Below the pieces are notes generated by a model, which made no database searches, was not told where the DNA came from, and saw nothing but the letters and a program-made list of their open reading frames with translations. DNA of 64,000 nt from Flectonema sp. DT1601 (taxonomy: Eukaryota): assembly GCA_964019425.1 (NCBI GenBank), contig OZ025797.1, positions 1,178,001 to 1,242,000 of the forward strand, in the 5' to 3' direction. Shown in pieces: positions 24,085 through 36,333 of the stretch (position 1 is the stretch's first letter; each line of letters begins with the position of its first letter). The translations under genes and the position numbers were made by a program.

Positions 24085-25359
24085 ATGATATATTTAAGAG
24101 GACTTCAAGTTCGATACCGAAGTCACATCAGCCAACAGATCTCAGGATATGTTAAGAAATGGGTTGTTGATGTTCGTATTGATTCTAATGGAAAGTTACT
24201 TCATAATGTTGTTGACAACACATCGAAGATAGTTGAAGGAGGTAGTGAAGCTGTTGTTCCGGTTTTAAGACATTTCCCTAACCGAGTGACATCATGGATA
24301 GATAGACACATTACACAACACTTACTACCTGTTGGATATCAAGGAGGATCAGTTCATAAGAGTTACTATCGTTATGTTGGATATCATTCTGTAGCAGCAG
24401 TAGCAGGAGCAGTTGTAATGGTCTTCTCAACTCAAAGTATGCTTTATGCTGCAGGACTAGGAGCTGGAGCTATTCCCGTAGCTGCAGCGTTAAGTTGGGT
24501 TCTAAAAGATGGTTTGGGTCAGTTTGGTGGAGTTCTGTTCGCAAGTTTTGTTAATAAAAATTTTGATTCGGATCCAAAACGGCATCGATTCTTGGCGGGT
24601 CTAACTTTGGATTTCGCAGCTTTTCTCGAAACACTAACGTTGTTCTTCCCTACAATGTTTTTACCATTAGCTGCAGCTGCGAACTGTGGAAAGAACGTAT
24701 CATTTTTGGCTGCTTCAGCAAGTAGAGCGAGCATTCACAACACTCTAGCAGCGTCTGGTAACCTTGCCGATATCACCGCCAAGGCTGGGTCTCAAACTAC
24801 TGTCGCATCAGCCATTGGTACGACGTTAGGTGCAATCATAAGTACTCAGATTGGTAATGAACCGAACTGTATGGCTGTTGCTGTTGGATGTGGAGCTGTT
24901 GTTCATTTAACTTGTCTTTACATGGCTGTCAGATCTGTTACTTTTTCTCAACTAAATCAACAGCGATTGGAGATATTAGTTTCGTATTACTTATCAACGA
25001 AAACAACATTGACCCCTTGTGAGGTTTCTAATTTGGAACATTTTGCATCAAAATATGTTCCAAAAGTAATAATTGGAATCGACTTACGAACAGTCATCAC
25101 TGAGCCTGAGCAATACGATTTACTTGTTGAGGAACTTTCTAAAAATCGATTTTTTGTATTTACTCTTTCTGATAATAAAAAGGGATTCCTACTCTGTACT
25201 ACCGCAGAAACAAATGACATCATAAAGGGAATGTATCACTGTGTGAATGGGTCTTTAGAAGGTGCTGAAGAATTTATTGCCGCCATTGAAGACGCTGGAT
25301 GGTCATTAGGACAATCGTATATCGAAGATCAACCTGCGAGAGTTAGAATTGAAAAGTAA
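24085..25359 (+). CDS. RUS1 family (DUF647, root UVB sensitive-like) protein
   Basis: LLPVGY..SVHKSY, WVLKDGLGQFG, FDSDPKRHR, GNLADITAKAGSQ, LNQQRL. Confidence 0.9.
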   Translation: MIYLRGLQVRYRSHISQQISGYVKKWVVDVRIDSNGKLLHNVVDNTSKIVEGGSEAVVPVLRHFPNRVTSWIDRHITQHLLPVGYQGGSVHKSYYRYVGYHSVAAVAGAVVMVFSTQSMLYAAGLGAGAIPVAAALSWVLKDGLGQFGGVLFASFVNKNFDSDPKRHRFLAGLTLDFAAFLETLTLFFPTMFLPLAAAANCGKNVSFLAASASRASIHNTLAASGNLADITAKAGSQTTVASAIGTTLGAIISTQIGNEPNCMAVAVGCGAVVHLTCLYMAVRSVTFSQLNQQRLEILVSYYLSTKTTLTPCEVSNLEHFASKYVPKVIIGIDLRTVITEPEQYDLLVEELSKNRFFVFTLSDNKKGFLLCTTAETNDIIKGMYHCVNGSLEGAEEFIAAIEDAGWSLGQSYIEDQPARVRIEK

Positions 25360-27020
25360 TTGTTATCACAGTTGGAAAAGTTTTTTTTTTTTTTTTTTTT
25401 TGTTATATTAATTTCTTATCCTTTTTGGAAGACTACTACACTAATAAAACACCACCGCTGGTCTGGTTGTGTCTGCTTAGCGAACAGTATGAACGCAGAG
25501 AATTTAATATCACTGTTGGTCTGGTTGATGTTTTATTCACATTTTATTTTTATGTTTTTTTTTTTTTTTCCACTCGTTTTACACATCCTGTTGGATGGTC
25601 ATCATAAGAAGTCTCTTTTCTTAATTAATTACTTCGAAGCAAAACGTTACTTTAGTGGCATCACTGCCAGTCTGGTGTTGCTGTTTTTATGTTCAATTTC
25701 CTTTCTTTTGGTTAGTCGGGGAATTCCGTTTTTTTTTTTTTTTTGAAATCTCAAAAGAGATTAATTCGTTTTAATGTTTTTCTACCGCTGCTCTGGTCCA
25801 GTAGTTTGGGTAGTTGACATTATGTGTTGTCAAGTGTTACTCTCTCATACCAACTCCTTGCGGTTGTGTCGACCTGCAGTTACAGCGAGGAGTGAGAGAA
25901 GACGCAGACTACAACAACACCCACACTAATTAAGAAAATGATTCTTCAAACGTTCCATAAAAAAAGAACTTTTTTTTTTTTTTTTTGGATAAATTATTAT
26001 ACTTTTACAACTAATAACTGTTTGTTGTATTTACTCTTTGAGGTAGGGGGAGGTGGGTAGTGGAACCCCCTAAATATGTATTTACTTCCCCAACACAGTT
26101 CACGTTAGCTCTGTATCAAAGTTACCATCCTCTCCCACTACAAGAGAGATGTTTATATCGTATTCGGTTAACGATGTGATGTTTGGGCTCTCTTGTTTGT
26201 GTTTTTTCTTGTTTTCTTGTGCGTAAGAACTTTTTCTGTTTTTTTATAATGGAAAAAGTAGAAGTGCACTCCCTCACCTCACCAGGCGAATAATCAACGC
26301 TGTCAACTAATAGTGAATGTGGTTGGGTCTGGGTAGTCATTTCCTTCAGGTGTTATTAACGTCGCTTTTCGCCAGTGAGAGTCTCACAGTTGTCGTTTTC
26401 TTCCGAATCTTCCTCTCTTCCCGTGAGCTTTTACCTGGAGGTTGACTCCCATGATTACTTTATGGTAGCGTGTGTCCCTCTCAACGTCTCTGTCTGCTGT
26501 GTAGTGTACCCTCCCTCCCTAAGGTCATCTCAAAGGTAAATTAGTATCCGAGTGAGCAGCCCGTTAGATTTAACCATCTTGTTAGAAGTGGGTTGTTTTC
26601 TGTCATCTGTTTGTAATCACACTTGGAACAGGTGTTGTGTTGTTTGTGTTGAGGGGTTTTTTTATTTCTTAAAATCCGAAAAAAGAAAAAAAAAAAACCA
26701 AAAAAAAAAAAAACTTTAAAAAAAAAAAAAAAAAAACCATCAAAACAAGAAATAAATAACTCTCTTCTATATTTATTATCTTTAGTATTCCTAACGGCCG
26801 TGTGTGTAGGGAGGGGTGGGTATCACTATCCCCAACCGGAGATATTATCACAAGTTATATAATGAAATAAACTACCTCACTATTTACTACCAGATCACAA
26901 CACACACGATTATACTGTAAAATAGTGAAAACATTAAGAAATTATGAAGGCCTGTCCAATATAATTCTTTTTTTTTTATTATCCCTCACAAAAAAAAAAA
27001 GAAAAAAAAGTCTGCAAAAT

Positions 27021-28925
27021 ATGAGCGACTACGAACTATTAGATTGCATTGGTAGTGGAGCGTATGGACAAGTATATCGAGGTAAGAATACATCGACGGA
27101 CCAGTCGGTGGCTATTAAAGTTATAAACTTCGAAACAATCTCCGATGATATCGAAGAGCTCATGCGAGAAGCACGTTCAATGAGAGAATGTTCTCATATA
27201 AATACCGTTAAAATTATTTCCGGATTCGTAGTGGGATCGAGACTCTGGATTGTTATGGAATACCTCGCTGGAGGTAGCGTTGCTGATATTTTAAGATTTT
27301 TATACACCGTCGAGAGACAAACACGATTATCAGAAATTCAAGTTGCTTGCATTATCAGCGACGTCTTACAAGCTCTGATCTACTTACATGGTCAAGGAAA
27401 GATCCACAGAGATATCAAAGCAGCTAATATTTTATTAAGTGCGAGTGGGGTTGTTAAATTAGCTGATTTCGGAGTGTGTGGTCAGCTCTCAATAACTTCG
27501 ATATCAAATAATAAACAACGAGGACTTCAATCTGTTGTTGGAACTCCTAATTGGATGGCACCTGAAGTAATCGTTCAGGGAATATGTTATGATACGAAAT
27601 GTGACGTCTGGTCTCTCGGGATTACAGCTTACGAAATAGCAACAGGTCTACCACCGTATGATAGACAGCCTACCAAGGCTTTATTTGAGATACCTCGAGT
27701 TCAAGCTCCTCTACTTACTGGTGAGTACAGTAAAACATTTAAACAATTCGTGTCTTATTGCTTGGTTAAGAAACCTGAATGTAGACCTTCTGCTCTTGAC
27801 GTCTCAAAGCATAATTTCATTACCGAACATTGCACAGGTAGGACTAGCAGCAGTGCCTTACAACCTGTTATGGAGATCTGGTTGAGACATAAAAGTCAGA
27901 GTGAGAAGAAAAAAGGATCTCAACACAGCAGGTCATCAAGTGCTGATAATGAAGATCTTCACAATAAAATCGATTGGGAATTTCCAGAAAGCGCAACTCA
28001 GAGTAGTGTAGGTGGTCGACATCATTCGAGAGTGTTGTCAGTCGGTTCCAATGGAGGGACGAGAAGAGTTCATCCTCCGACATACTCATCGTCAAATGGG
28101 ACGTTAGTACCTCGACTACCACTTAGTGGGATGGGTGCTAATTTATCAGCTTTGGGAACTCCAAAGAGTGACAATCGAGGTAGACTAACTCCTCGAGAAC
28201 GAGGCTCAACACCCATGACAACTCCAAGAGGAGGTCAAGTCTCACTCGCAACAGCAGCTCATATGTCTGTTGTTAAACCAGCTCTATTAAAACTATCGAG
28301 ATCTCACAGAGCTACTTCTGCTGGTGTCACTGAAGGAATTATTAGATTGAATCGACTGGTTGATGAAGCGCAAGCAATCTGTCCATCGTTCTCTCTGCTG
28401 TTGGTTCAAAATATTGTTCGAATGTTATCAAAGTCACCAGTCTATTCACATCTATTGCCTCATAATGAACTACTACAGACTGATAGCCTTCCTTGTAATG
28501 TAACATCAACTCCAAGAACACCATCATCATGTACGAGTATGGCAGACATTAGAAGAAGTGTTTGTAATACTCCAACGAGAGGGAAGTTTGGAGGAAGTGG
28601 TCATCTCACTGTTTCTCTTGAGAAGTCAATTAACGATGAGACTCGTCATGTTGATACTCCAACTGAAGAAGTTGTTTATTCTGATCATGAGACTTTAGAA
28701 CACATCGATCCATCAAATCAACCTCAAGAACAGAATCAAAACAATTCGAATACTGCGATCACAACCACAACAACTGGAGGAGGTAGTCTGTCATCATTAG
28801 TAACGACATCAGCTGGTCATTTATTAGATATTTGGGCACAACAAGAAGTAGCTGAAGGAAGAACTAATTGTTTGATAACACAACCAGGAAGAAGGACACC
28901 AATTCCAAAGAAAGGGAAAACATAA
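27021..28925 (+). CDS. STE20-family Ser/Thr kinase
   Basis: IGSGAYG, VAIK, LWIVMEYLAGGS, IHRDIKAANIL, ADFG, GTPNWMAPEV. Start at MSDYELL. Confidence 0.93.
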   Translation: MSDYELLDCIGSGAYGQVYRGKNTSTDQSVAIKVINFETISDDIEELMREARSMRECSHINTVKIISGFVVGSRLWIVMEYLAGGSVADILRFLYTVERQTRLSEIQVACIISDVLQALIYLHGQGKIHRDIKAANILLSASGVVKLADFGVCGQLSITSISNNKQRGLQSVVGTPNWMAPEVIVQGICYDTKCDVWSLGITAYEIATGLPPYDRQPTKALFEIPRVQAPLLTGEYSKTFKQFVSYCLVKKPECRPSALDVSKHNFITEHCTGRTSSSALQPVMEIWLRHKSQSEKKKGSQHSRSSSADNEDLHNKIDWEFPESATQSSVGGRHHSRVLSVGSNGGTRRVHPPTYSSSNGTLVPRLPLSGMGANLSALGTPKSDNRGRLTPRERGSTPMTTPRGGQVSLATAAHMSVVKPALLKLSRSHRATSAGVTEGIIRLNRLVDEAQAICPSFSLLLVQNIVRMLSKSPVYSHLLPHNELLQTDSLPCNVTSTPRTPSSCTSMADIRRSVCNTPTRGKFGGSGHLTVSLEKSINDETRHVDTPTEEVVYSDHETLEHIDPSNQPQEQNQNNSNTAITTTTTGGGSLSSLVTTSAGHLLDIWAQQEVAEGRTNCLITQPGRRTPIPKKGKT

Positions 28926-29643
28926 TAACTTTCATCTCTTTGAGACGTTGTTAATTGTTTACTGTTTCTTATATTATGGAACAACCCTTTTTTTTTTTGC
29001 ATGCCTAGTAGTATTATGATTTTTCGTTAAGACAAACAAAAAAAAAAAAAAAGTGAATTAGTATTCTCACCACTCTGTGAAAGCTTCATTTAGTAGTCTT
29101 GACAAGAAAAGGAACCGAGGAAGGGGGGGTTTAGCTTATAAAAAAAATAAAATAAAAAAAGGAATTGGCTTTATCTTAAACTATACAGAAAATAGTAATA
29201 TGACTACTGTACTAAACACGTGAACCGACTTAAACTGATAAAGCTAAAGGAGGTTTACGTGTGATGCCAATATTTCTTTTTCGTTCTTACGATACTTGTT
29301 AAGTGCAAAAAAAAAAAATGATGAAGGGAAAAAAAAAAAAATAAAAAATAAAATTCCGTTATGTAGTTTCGTTCATTCAGGTAAGGATGCGGCAATTGTT
29401 CCTTTTCTGTTGATTACATTTTTGTTAATATTTTTTCTATAAACCTTATTTTGCCTTTTTTTAGAACAAAAAAAAAAAATCAAAAATGAAAGCGAGAAAA
29501 GTATTTTAAGCACAAATACACCTCCAAAACATTTCCTACAAAATTAATATAAAGTAATCCAAGAAATCGTTTATACATATTAACTGTAACAGGACATTAA
29601 CGTTTTTTTTAAAAAAACAAAAACAAAAAAACAAAAAAGAAAT

Positions 29644-30687
29644 ATGAAAAAGGTAGGTAAATACAAGCTCAAAGACCCGTTGGGTAAGGGTGCTTTTAGC
29701 GTCGTTCATCACGGAACAGATTTAGAAACAAATCAAGAGTATGCTGTAAAGATGTGTGAAAAATCAAAATTAGTAGCAAATGACATGTTGGGGGAATTGG
29801 AAAATGAAATAGCAGTTTTAAAAAAGATAAAGAGTAAATATATTGCAAACATGCTTGACATTATACAGACAGGACGATTCTACTACCTCGTCTTAGATCT
29901 TTGTAAGTATACTCTCTTTGAAGTAATTATAAACACACCTGAAAAGAAATTATCTGAAGACCAAGCCAGGAAATATTTCCATGAACTATTATTAGCCGTA
30001 TACTCCTGTCATCAACAAGGTGTGATGCACAGAGATGTTAAACCTGAGAATATTTTGATAACTGAATCTGGTCAACTTAAATTATCAGATTTTGGATTCG
30101 CTTGTCCGGTTGCAAAAAATGAAGAAAACAGAGCCCAGTGTGGAACAAGACAATACCTCGCACCCGAAGTGTTTACGATGAATGGAAGATCAGAAGATTT
30201 TGATGGTTTTGCTGTTGATGTGTGGAGTTGTGGTGTTGTACTATTTGTTATGGTATGTGGTCGGTTACCCTTCGCTGATCACAACCACGAAATCCTTCGT
30301 CAAAAAATCTGCTCTGCCTCTTACACAATTCCCTCAACTGTAAGTGCGCCGTGTAGCTCTGTTTTAGAAGCGATCTTAACGTTGAATCCGTTATCACGAC
30401 CGACAATATTTCAGATTATGAATACTTCTTGGTATAGACAAGACTTTGATCAAACTCTTTTAGAAGAAATAAATGAAGAGCTCCGCTACCAACGATCAAT
30501 TAGAATAGAAACAATGCCAAGACAGTTCAATAGACACGTTCCAACTACTCTCTCGAGTGCTTCATCTCCACAACTGGTTGAGAGTTCTTCATATCATTAT
30601 TCGAGTTCTTTACCTCATTCTTCTTATACTTCAGTTCGATCCCCTGCGATGACTATTGGTGGAGGTGGAATTCCGATTCACAGATAG
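29644..30687 (+). CDS. CAMK-group (SNF1/CIPK-like) Ser/Thr kinase
   Basis: VGKY..LGKGAFS, HRDVKPEN, SDFG, CGTRQYLAPE, DVWSCGVVLFVMVCGRLPF. Confidence 0.92.
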   Translation: MKKVGKYKLKDPLGKGAFSVVHHGTDLETNQEYAVKMCEKSKLVANDMLGELENEIAVLKKIKSKYIANMLDIIQTGRFYYLVLDLCKYTLFEVIINTPEKKLSEDQARKYFHELLLAVYSCHQQGVMHRDVKPENILITESGQLKLSDFGFACPVAKNEENRAQCGTRQYLAPEVFTMNGRSEDFDGFAVDVWSCGVVLFVMVCGRLPFADHNHEILRQKICSASYTIPSTVSAPCSSVLEAILTLNPLSRPTIFQIMNTSWYRQDFDQTLLEEINEELRYQRSIRIETMPRQFNRHVPTTLSSASSPQLVESSSYHYSSSLPHSSYTSVRSPAMTIGGGGIPIHR

Positions 30688-30979
30688 CTCGATTCTGTTG
30701 ATACGCAAACAGTTGTTTTATAATTTGGAATATCTGATCATATTTTTGTCAGCTATCCTCAACAGATGGAATTCTTTCACTTCTAAAAAAAAAGAAAAGA
30801 AAAAAAAGTCAACTCAACAGTTGACTGATGTGGATCATGAGATTATTCTCTTTGAAACTTCATCACCATCGTTCACTGTATCGTTTTATGTTTATGCTTC
30901 TTAAATGATATTACTGTGAGAACGAGCGAACCAACGACAACAACAGTATTGTTTTCTTTTTTAATGAGTGGGGTGGGTA

Positions 30980-31015
<36 letters not shown>

Positions 31016-31403
31016 AACTATTCATTTACTTAAGAAGAAAAAAAAAAAAAAAAAAAAGAAGAATATTCACATATATATGTGTCCTATATCATTAAACTTT
31101 TTAAATTTTTTTTGCTTTCCCCCATGAGTTGGGACTCGTCTTGTGGTTTTGGTTAGTTTGTAGGTTTGTCTCTTTATTTTCTCTCTCTATGAAGGTGTGT
31201 GTGGGATCAATATTATTTGCGAACATGAAACATGTTATTTTTGTACTTCAATTGCTGTACACTGAAAAAAAAAAAAAAAAAAAAGAATTTATCATAGGTT
31301 AATTATATTATTTTTTTTTTCTGTCTTGCTTTTTTATTGTGATCGGATTGTTATTTTATTTGGTATTGTTTTTTAAAAATGTTTTTTTTTTATCAAAACG
31401 AGG

Positions 31404-31434
<31 letters not shown>

Positions 31435-32767
31435 AGTCACTGTATTTCGTTTTTACTGCTTTTGGCCCCTTTCTCAAAAATCATGGACCCGCTCTATTTA
31501 TATTGCCTAACCTCTATTGTTTTATTTTTATTTTTAAATTATTAAATATTTCTCTGCTGACGTATGCAAAAAGTTAAGAAACATGGACTTGTGATTGTTG
31601 CATTAACAACATTATTCGTGTTCGAGAATTGTCTTTTTGTTTTTTTTTATTTTTTTATATTCTTAGTGCGCGTAAATTTTTTTTTTTTTTTAATACTTTT
31701 TTTTTTTTTAAACGGGTTCAAGTTTGAGAGAGTTGTGAATGAAAACGAAAAAAAGAAATAATTATTGAGGTTTACCATCTTAGTAATGTTTTGTTACTTT
31801 TTTTTTTTTTTTTTTTTTTTCACAAAATGGTCGTGAAAACGGCAGTCATTAGCGAAGCTTTGTACAGCTTGTGCTATTGTGCTTGATGAAAAAAAAAAAA
31901 AAAAAAAAAAAAAAAAACGAAAAGAACAACGAAAGAAGAAAAAAAGCGTATACGCGAGTGGAAAAAAAAAAAAATAAAAAAAATTGTGTACAGCAATTTG
32001 CAGGGGAAGGTTTGCACTTGCCTCCTCACAATTTGCATTTTACATGTTAAGTGGTGATTTTTGCGTGCGTGTGTCGTATCGTGAATGTGGTGGAATAGGG
32101 AGAGAGAGGGAGAGAAAAAAAGAAGGAACAAAAAAAAACAAAAACAAAAAAAACTGTCTTCATGTTTATTTACAGACGAATTGTGTTTTAAATATTTTTC
32201 GAACCCTATTCTTATTATTTTAAAACCCTTTTTTTTTTTTTCCTTTAGACATACACAATTCTTAAAAAGATAAAAAAGTGTATTCAATACTAGACTTATG
32301 TTGGCGCGTGGGGTGTTCTGTTTTTTTTTTGATCCTCAAAAATAGCAAATAGCCCTGCCAAGTACGAAGGCATAATTTCCTATCCAACCGATTGGTTCAG
32401 TACGGGCCTGTGTTCGAAAATAGGAAGGACCACAAAAAAAATCAAAAAAAAAAAAAAATCAAAAAATCTCGGTTCTCGTTTTCCCTTTCGTTCTTTTTTT
32501 TTTCTTTTCTTTAGTTGTGTTATTTGTTCTCTCCCCCATTTCACCCGCCAGCGTGTGGATTGATTTTTTTTTTTCTTTCTTTTTTATTAGCTGTGCACCC
32601 CTCACCTCGTTGACCAGCCCACCAGCCCACAGTCATACGGGTTAGAAAGTATAGCTTTGCTACTTCTTTTTGATATTATTTAATATATGAATTTGAGAAA
32701 AGGGGAAAATAAAAAAAATAAAGTAAATAGATGATAATAATATTATTTTATAACCCCTACACCATAC

Positions 32768-32800
<33 letters not shown>
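32768..32800. repeat. (TGA)11 microsatellite
   Basis: Read directly from the sequence. Confidence 0.95.
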
Positions 32801-32890
32801 GAATTAGAAGTAACGACATCACTGTATCGTTGAGTTTGTGTTTAAATTATTCATATTTCTATTGATACAGTAAAAAAAAAATTAAAAAAA

Positions 32891-34123
32891 ATGAATCGAC
32901 TCATTGCAGCAACATCACTATTCTCAGTAGTGACTGCGGGTAACGCTTGTACTGATGGAGGTAACGGTGGTTGTAGTCCTCCTCAGGGGTCGAAGTGGAA
33001 TCGTTGGGACATGGCTGGATCAACGTACACTTATTGTTATCATGATTGCCCAATGGATTGGTTTATTGAAAATACTAAAAAATTATCACTAAATGAATTC
33101 GGAGGTATGGTAGGAGTAGACCACTACTGGACTAAACAAGGAATGCCATGCGTTGATGGAAAGCCTCAGGAATTTCAAATGCAAAACAACCTCAGCGAAT
33201 ACTGGAAATCATCATTCCCAACAATGAGATTCATGAGTTACAGAATACTAAGTGCCGTACCTTATGATATGATTGTACGTGATAAGATGTTATCAAACCC
33301 TGAGTATTTTATTAGATGGAATCACTTACCAGGTAGTACTGAACCAGGTAATGGATCGATTTGTTATAATTACATCAGCGCTTGTTTTAATGATCCAACA
33401 AGAATTAATGATCCTTCTCATCATTGTTCATTTGAGATTCGTGCTGCGGCATACAACTGGGTTGAACCAGGAGTGATTGATTGGTATGTCAACAGTGTTA
33501 TTGCTCCAGCACTTGATCACTGTGATGGTGTCTGGTTAGATGGAAATGGTCCTGATAATGGAGCTTACATGTGTTCAGGTATTTGTTGTGGGTTTGGTCC
33601 TGAGAACTCTCCTCAAAACGAAACTGAAATCGAAGCTTTTTGTGACGGAAATCACGCGGCAGCAGCTGCCGCAAGAGAATACATGAGCCCCAGAGGAGGT
33701 TTCGACATCCAGGGCTGCACAACATACTTTGCTGGTAGTGAACTTCCCAGCATTAATGACAGCCCATCTCAATGTGGTGATAAATTATTAAAATACGCTC
33801 ATTTTGGAAGTAATCATTCTAATTATAATTTAGTAGTTGCGTACGGAAGTAGAACAGCTGGAACTACTTACAACGATGAGACTGCCGCAGCTTCTGTTGC
33901 TGCTTTCTTACTTATGAGAGGAGAGCATTGGTTTCTCAGTTTCTATCCAAGTCACGGGAAGTTGAATGAAACCACCGCCAGACTTCTCACATCGGACTAT
34001 GGAATGCCAAAAGGAAATGCAACTGCGGTTCCAAACAAACCAAACGTCTTCTTCCGTGAATTCGAGAAGGCTACTGTCACACTCGACTGTAATACTTTTA
34101 GTGGTCATTTTGATGAGCATTAA
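32891..34123 (+). CDS. Secreted putative glycoside hydrolase (GHL15/PF14885-like)
   Basis: Signal-peptide-like start. DGVWLDG, AAFLLMRG, DYGMPKG, VFFREFEKATVTLDC. The family call is from motif recall, not from a search. Confidence 0.6.
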   Translation: MNRLIAATSLFSVVTAGNACTDGGNGGCSPPQGSKWNRWDMAGSTYTYCYHDCPMDWFIENTKKLSLNEFGGMVGVDHYWTKQGMPCVDGKPQEFQMQNNLSEYWKSSFPTMRFMSYRILSAVPYDMIVRDKMLSNPEYFIRWNHLPGSTEPGNGSICYNYISACFNDPTRINDPSHHCSFEIRAAAYNWVEPGVIDWYVNSVIAPALDHCDGVWLDGNGPDNGAYMCSGICCGFGPENSPQNETEIEAFCDGNHAAAAAAREYMSPRGGFDIQGCTTYFAGSELPSINDSPSQCGDKLLKYAHFGSNHSNYNLVVAYGSRTAGTTYNDETAAASVAAFLLMRGEHWFLSFYPSHGKLNETTARLLTSDYGMPKGNATAVPNKPNVFFREFEKATVTLDCNTFSGHFDEH

Positions 34124-35421
34124 AAATAAATAAATAATCCCCCGCTCAAATATTTAATTATTAAGTGATGAGAAGCATACCTCGACAGTCTTTTAGTCTG
34201 TCTTCACAAATACGAAATGAGTTGTTGTCTTGGTAGCTCTCTCGGATTAAAGTTTCTTCTGTCCTTTTCTATTCATAGAATTATTAGTTGCGGGGATATT
34301 GTTGTTTTCTTATCCAGCAGTTTTAAAAAAAAAAAAAAAAAAAACGGAGTATTTCTGTGTGAAATTTACTGCAATTTTTTTTTTTTTTTTCTTCTTCTCC
34401 TCTTCCAAATACTGACAGATAACTAAATGTGTTTTTTTTTTCCTGAGACAAAAAAACCCCACCGAGAAGTAGGTTTTAAGATCTAATTTGTCATCTTATT
34501 TATGTTTCATCTGAATTGCGAATTCATCCAGTCCAGACGAGTCTGATAATATCGGTCAAACAGTTTCTTTTGGACTAAAAAAATAAATAAATAAAACACG
34601 ACTGCGATTCGAAGTACGTACGAATGGTTTGTTTCAATTTGAAACTCCTCCTCTTTTTTTTTTTTTTAATTAATAAGAGCAATAAAATGAAATTACGATC
34701 TTAATTGAATTACCATCAGCATCTTTCTAGGTTGTTGTTGGTTTTTATTTTTATGTTTTTGTTCTTTTTGACTATAGCTGTGAATCAATCCTGTATAGTA
34801 GCTTTGCTCCCCTTTTTTTTTAAAAAAAATTTTTGGAGAAGGAAAAAAAAAAAAATAATCTTCGCATGTGTGGCTGAAAAATAAAAGCTGAGTAGGTGGA
34901 AAAGGGGGAGAAAAAAAAACAAAAAAAAAAAAAAACGAATTTTCCGAAATTAAACTTGACCCAAACGTCGAACGTGCAGGGATGGCAGCGTAATATAGAT
35001 GGATACTAATTCCGTAAACAACATCGTGAAATGCTCTCCATTTTATTTATTTATTTTTTTTTTTCCCCTTTCTCTTGTTCTACTTCCCTTTTATTTTCTT
35101 TATTCCGTCTGCGTGTTATAAAAAGCACTAGTAAGAACGAAGAATAACGAAACGGGAGAAAAATGAGAGAAAAACCAACGTTATTTATTTACATTTTCTC
35201 TCTCCTTCAAATTGCATCGGTAAAGCTGTGAACAGTTCCAGCACGAAATAAATCGACCACAGCGGTTTCTGTTAATTATTACCATCCGTGTTCGTGTTTG
35301 AATTGTACAAACAATTGTATTGTTGTTTGGAGGTAGTAGCTGCTGACAACTTGTTTTGAATATTATTTGTACTCATTCTTCACAACAGCAAAAAAATAAC
35401 ACCACCGTCACAACTTTGATA

Positions 35422-36333
35422 ATGTTGTTTACTTTGGTAACAACCGCACTGGCGACAACAGCGATGGATGAAGAGCCGTGTTTTCAGATTCACGACATCC
35501 ACGAGTGTGCTGCAGCTAATAAGGAACACGGATGTCGTTGGGTTGCTATTAACCCGCAGGACCCGGATGATGGATTCTGCGACAAGACGAGACAAATCGA
35601 TTGGCCAAACTGTCCTGAGATCGTTGACAAGGATGAGTGTGGTGCTGAAGAAGTTTGCGAATGGAGAATTGACGATGAGTACACCTCCTGCACATTCAAC
35701 GTTGCTGCAGATGAAAAACTATGCACCATGTCAAAGAATGAAGAGAGCTGTTTTGAGAATCCTGGCAGCTGTTTCTGGAACGAACAACAAGTTTGTGAAT
35801 GCGTTTCTTGTAAAGGAGATAGAAACTTCTGTGAGCTCATTTCATTAGTAAGAGAACCATTCCCATTTAGAGCAATGATGCAATGTATGGGAAGTGAGTG
35901 TAAATCTGACAAGGCAGCAACTGATCTTTGCATGAGAAGTTTCCCTGAGACTCCTCAAGATGCCGCAGATGCCTGCGACAAACAACGTTGTGACTGCATT
36001 GGAGGATTCACTGACCCTGATGGTTTTTGTATCGTCTCTCAAGATGTTGATGAGCCTCATCCTTGTATCAGTTGCAGAGAATGTAGCGATCCAGATAAAT
36101 TAAAATGTAATGCTGAGAGAGCTATCTGTTTCCATGCGGCTACTCAATTCCAAGTCTCACCAACATTGTGTTCAAATGTATTTGAGTGCATGAAGAACAT
36201 TCCTGACCTTCGTGAGGTTTGTAAGTCCCACAGAGATGTATCGATCTGCTCACCTGAACATCAAGACATCGTCTGCCCTGCTCACGAGGTACTTCACGAA
36301 GCGTTGATGAGGTCTCTTGATCCATTGAACTAA
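35422..36333 (+). CDS. Cysteine-rich secreted protein of unknown function
   Basis: Hydrophobic MLFTLVTTALA start, three C..C..CxW..C repeats, Cys-rich C-terminal half. Confidence 0.75.
   Translation: MLFTLVTTALATTAMDEEPCFQIHDIHECAAANKEHGCRWVAINPQDPDDGFCDKTRQIDWPNCPEIVDKDECGAEEVCEWRIDDEYTSCTFNVAADEKLCTMSKNEESCFENPGSCFWNEQQVCECVSCKGDRNFCELISLVREPFPFRAMMQCMGSECKSDKAATDLCMRSFPETPQDAADACDKQRCDCIGGFTDPDGFCIVSQDVDEPHPCISCRECSDPDKLKCNAERAICFHAATQFQVSPTLCSNVFECMKNIPDLREVCKSHRDVSICSPEHQDIVCPAHEVLHEALMRSLDPLN

Noticed and set aside
26425..26470. U1 snRNA-like start (TTTACCTGG ... CCATGATTAC..ATGG)
   Set aside because: Not ACTTACCTG, and no loop II ATTGCAC or Sm site follows. Probably chance; an Rfam scan would settle it.
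32366..32430. tRNA-like fold (TTCCTAT/ATAGGAA stem with GTTCGAAA)
   Set aside because: No proper T stem or anticodon arm, and too short.
30900..32760. Phe/Lys-rich ORFs here and at 25360-25746, 34217-34426 and 37215-37589
   Set aside because: Translations of poly-T and poly-A tracts in UTR or intergenic DNA.
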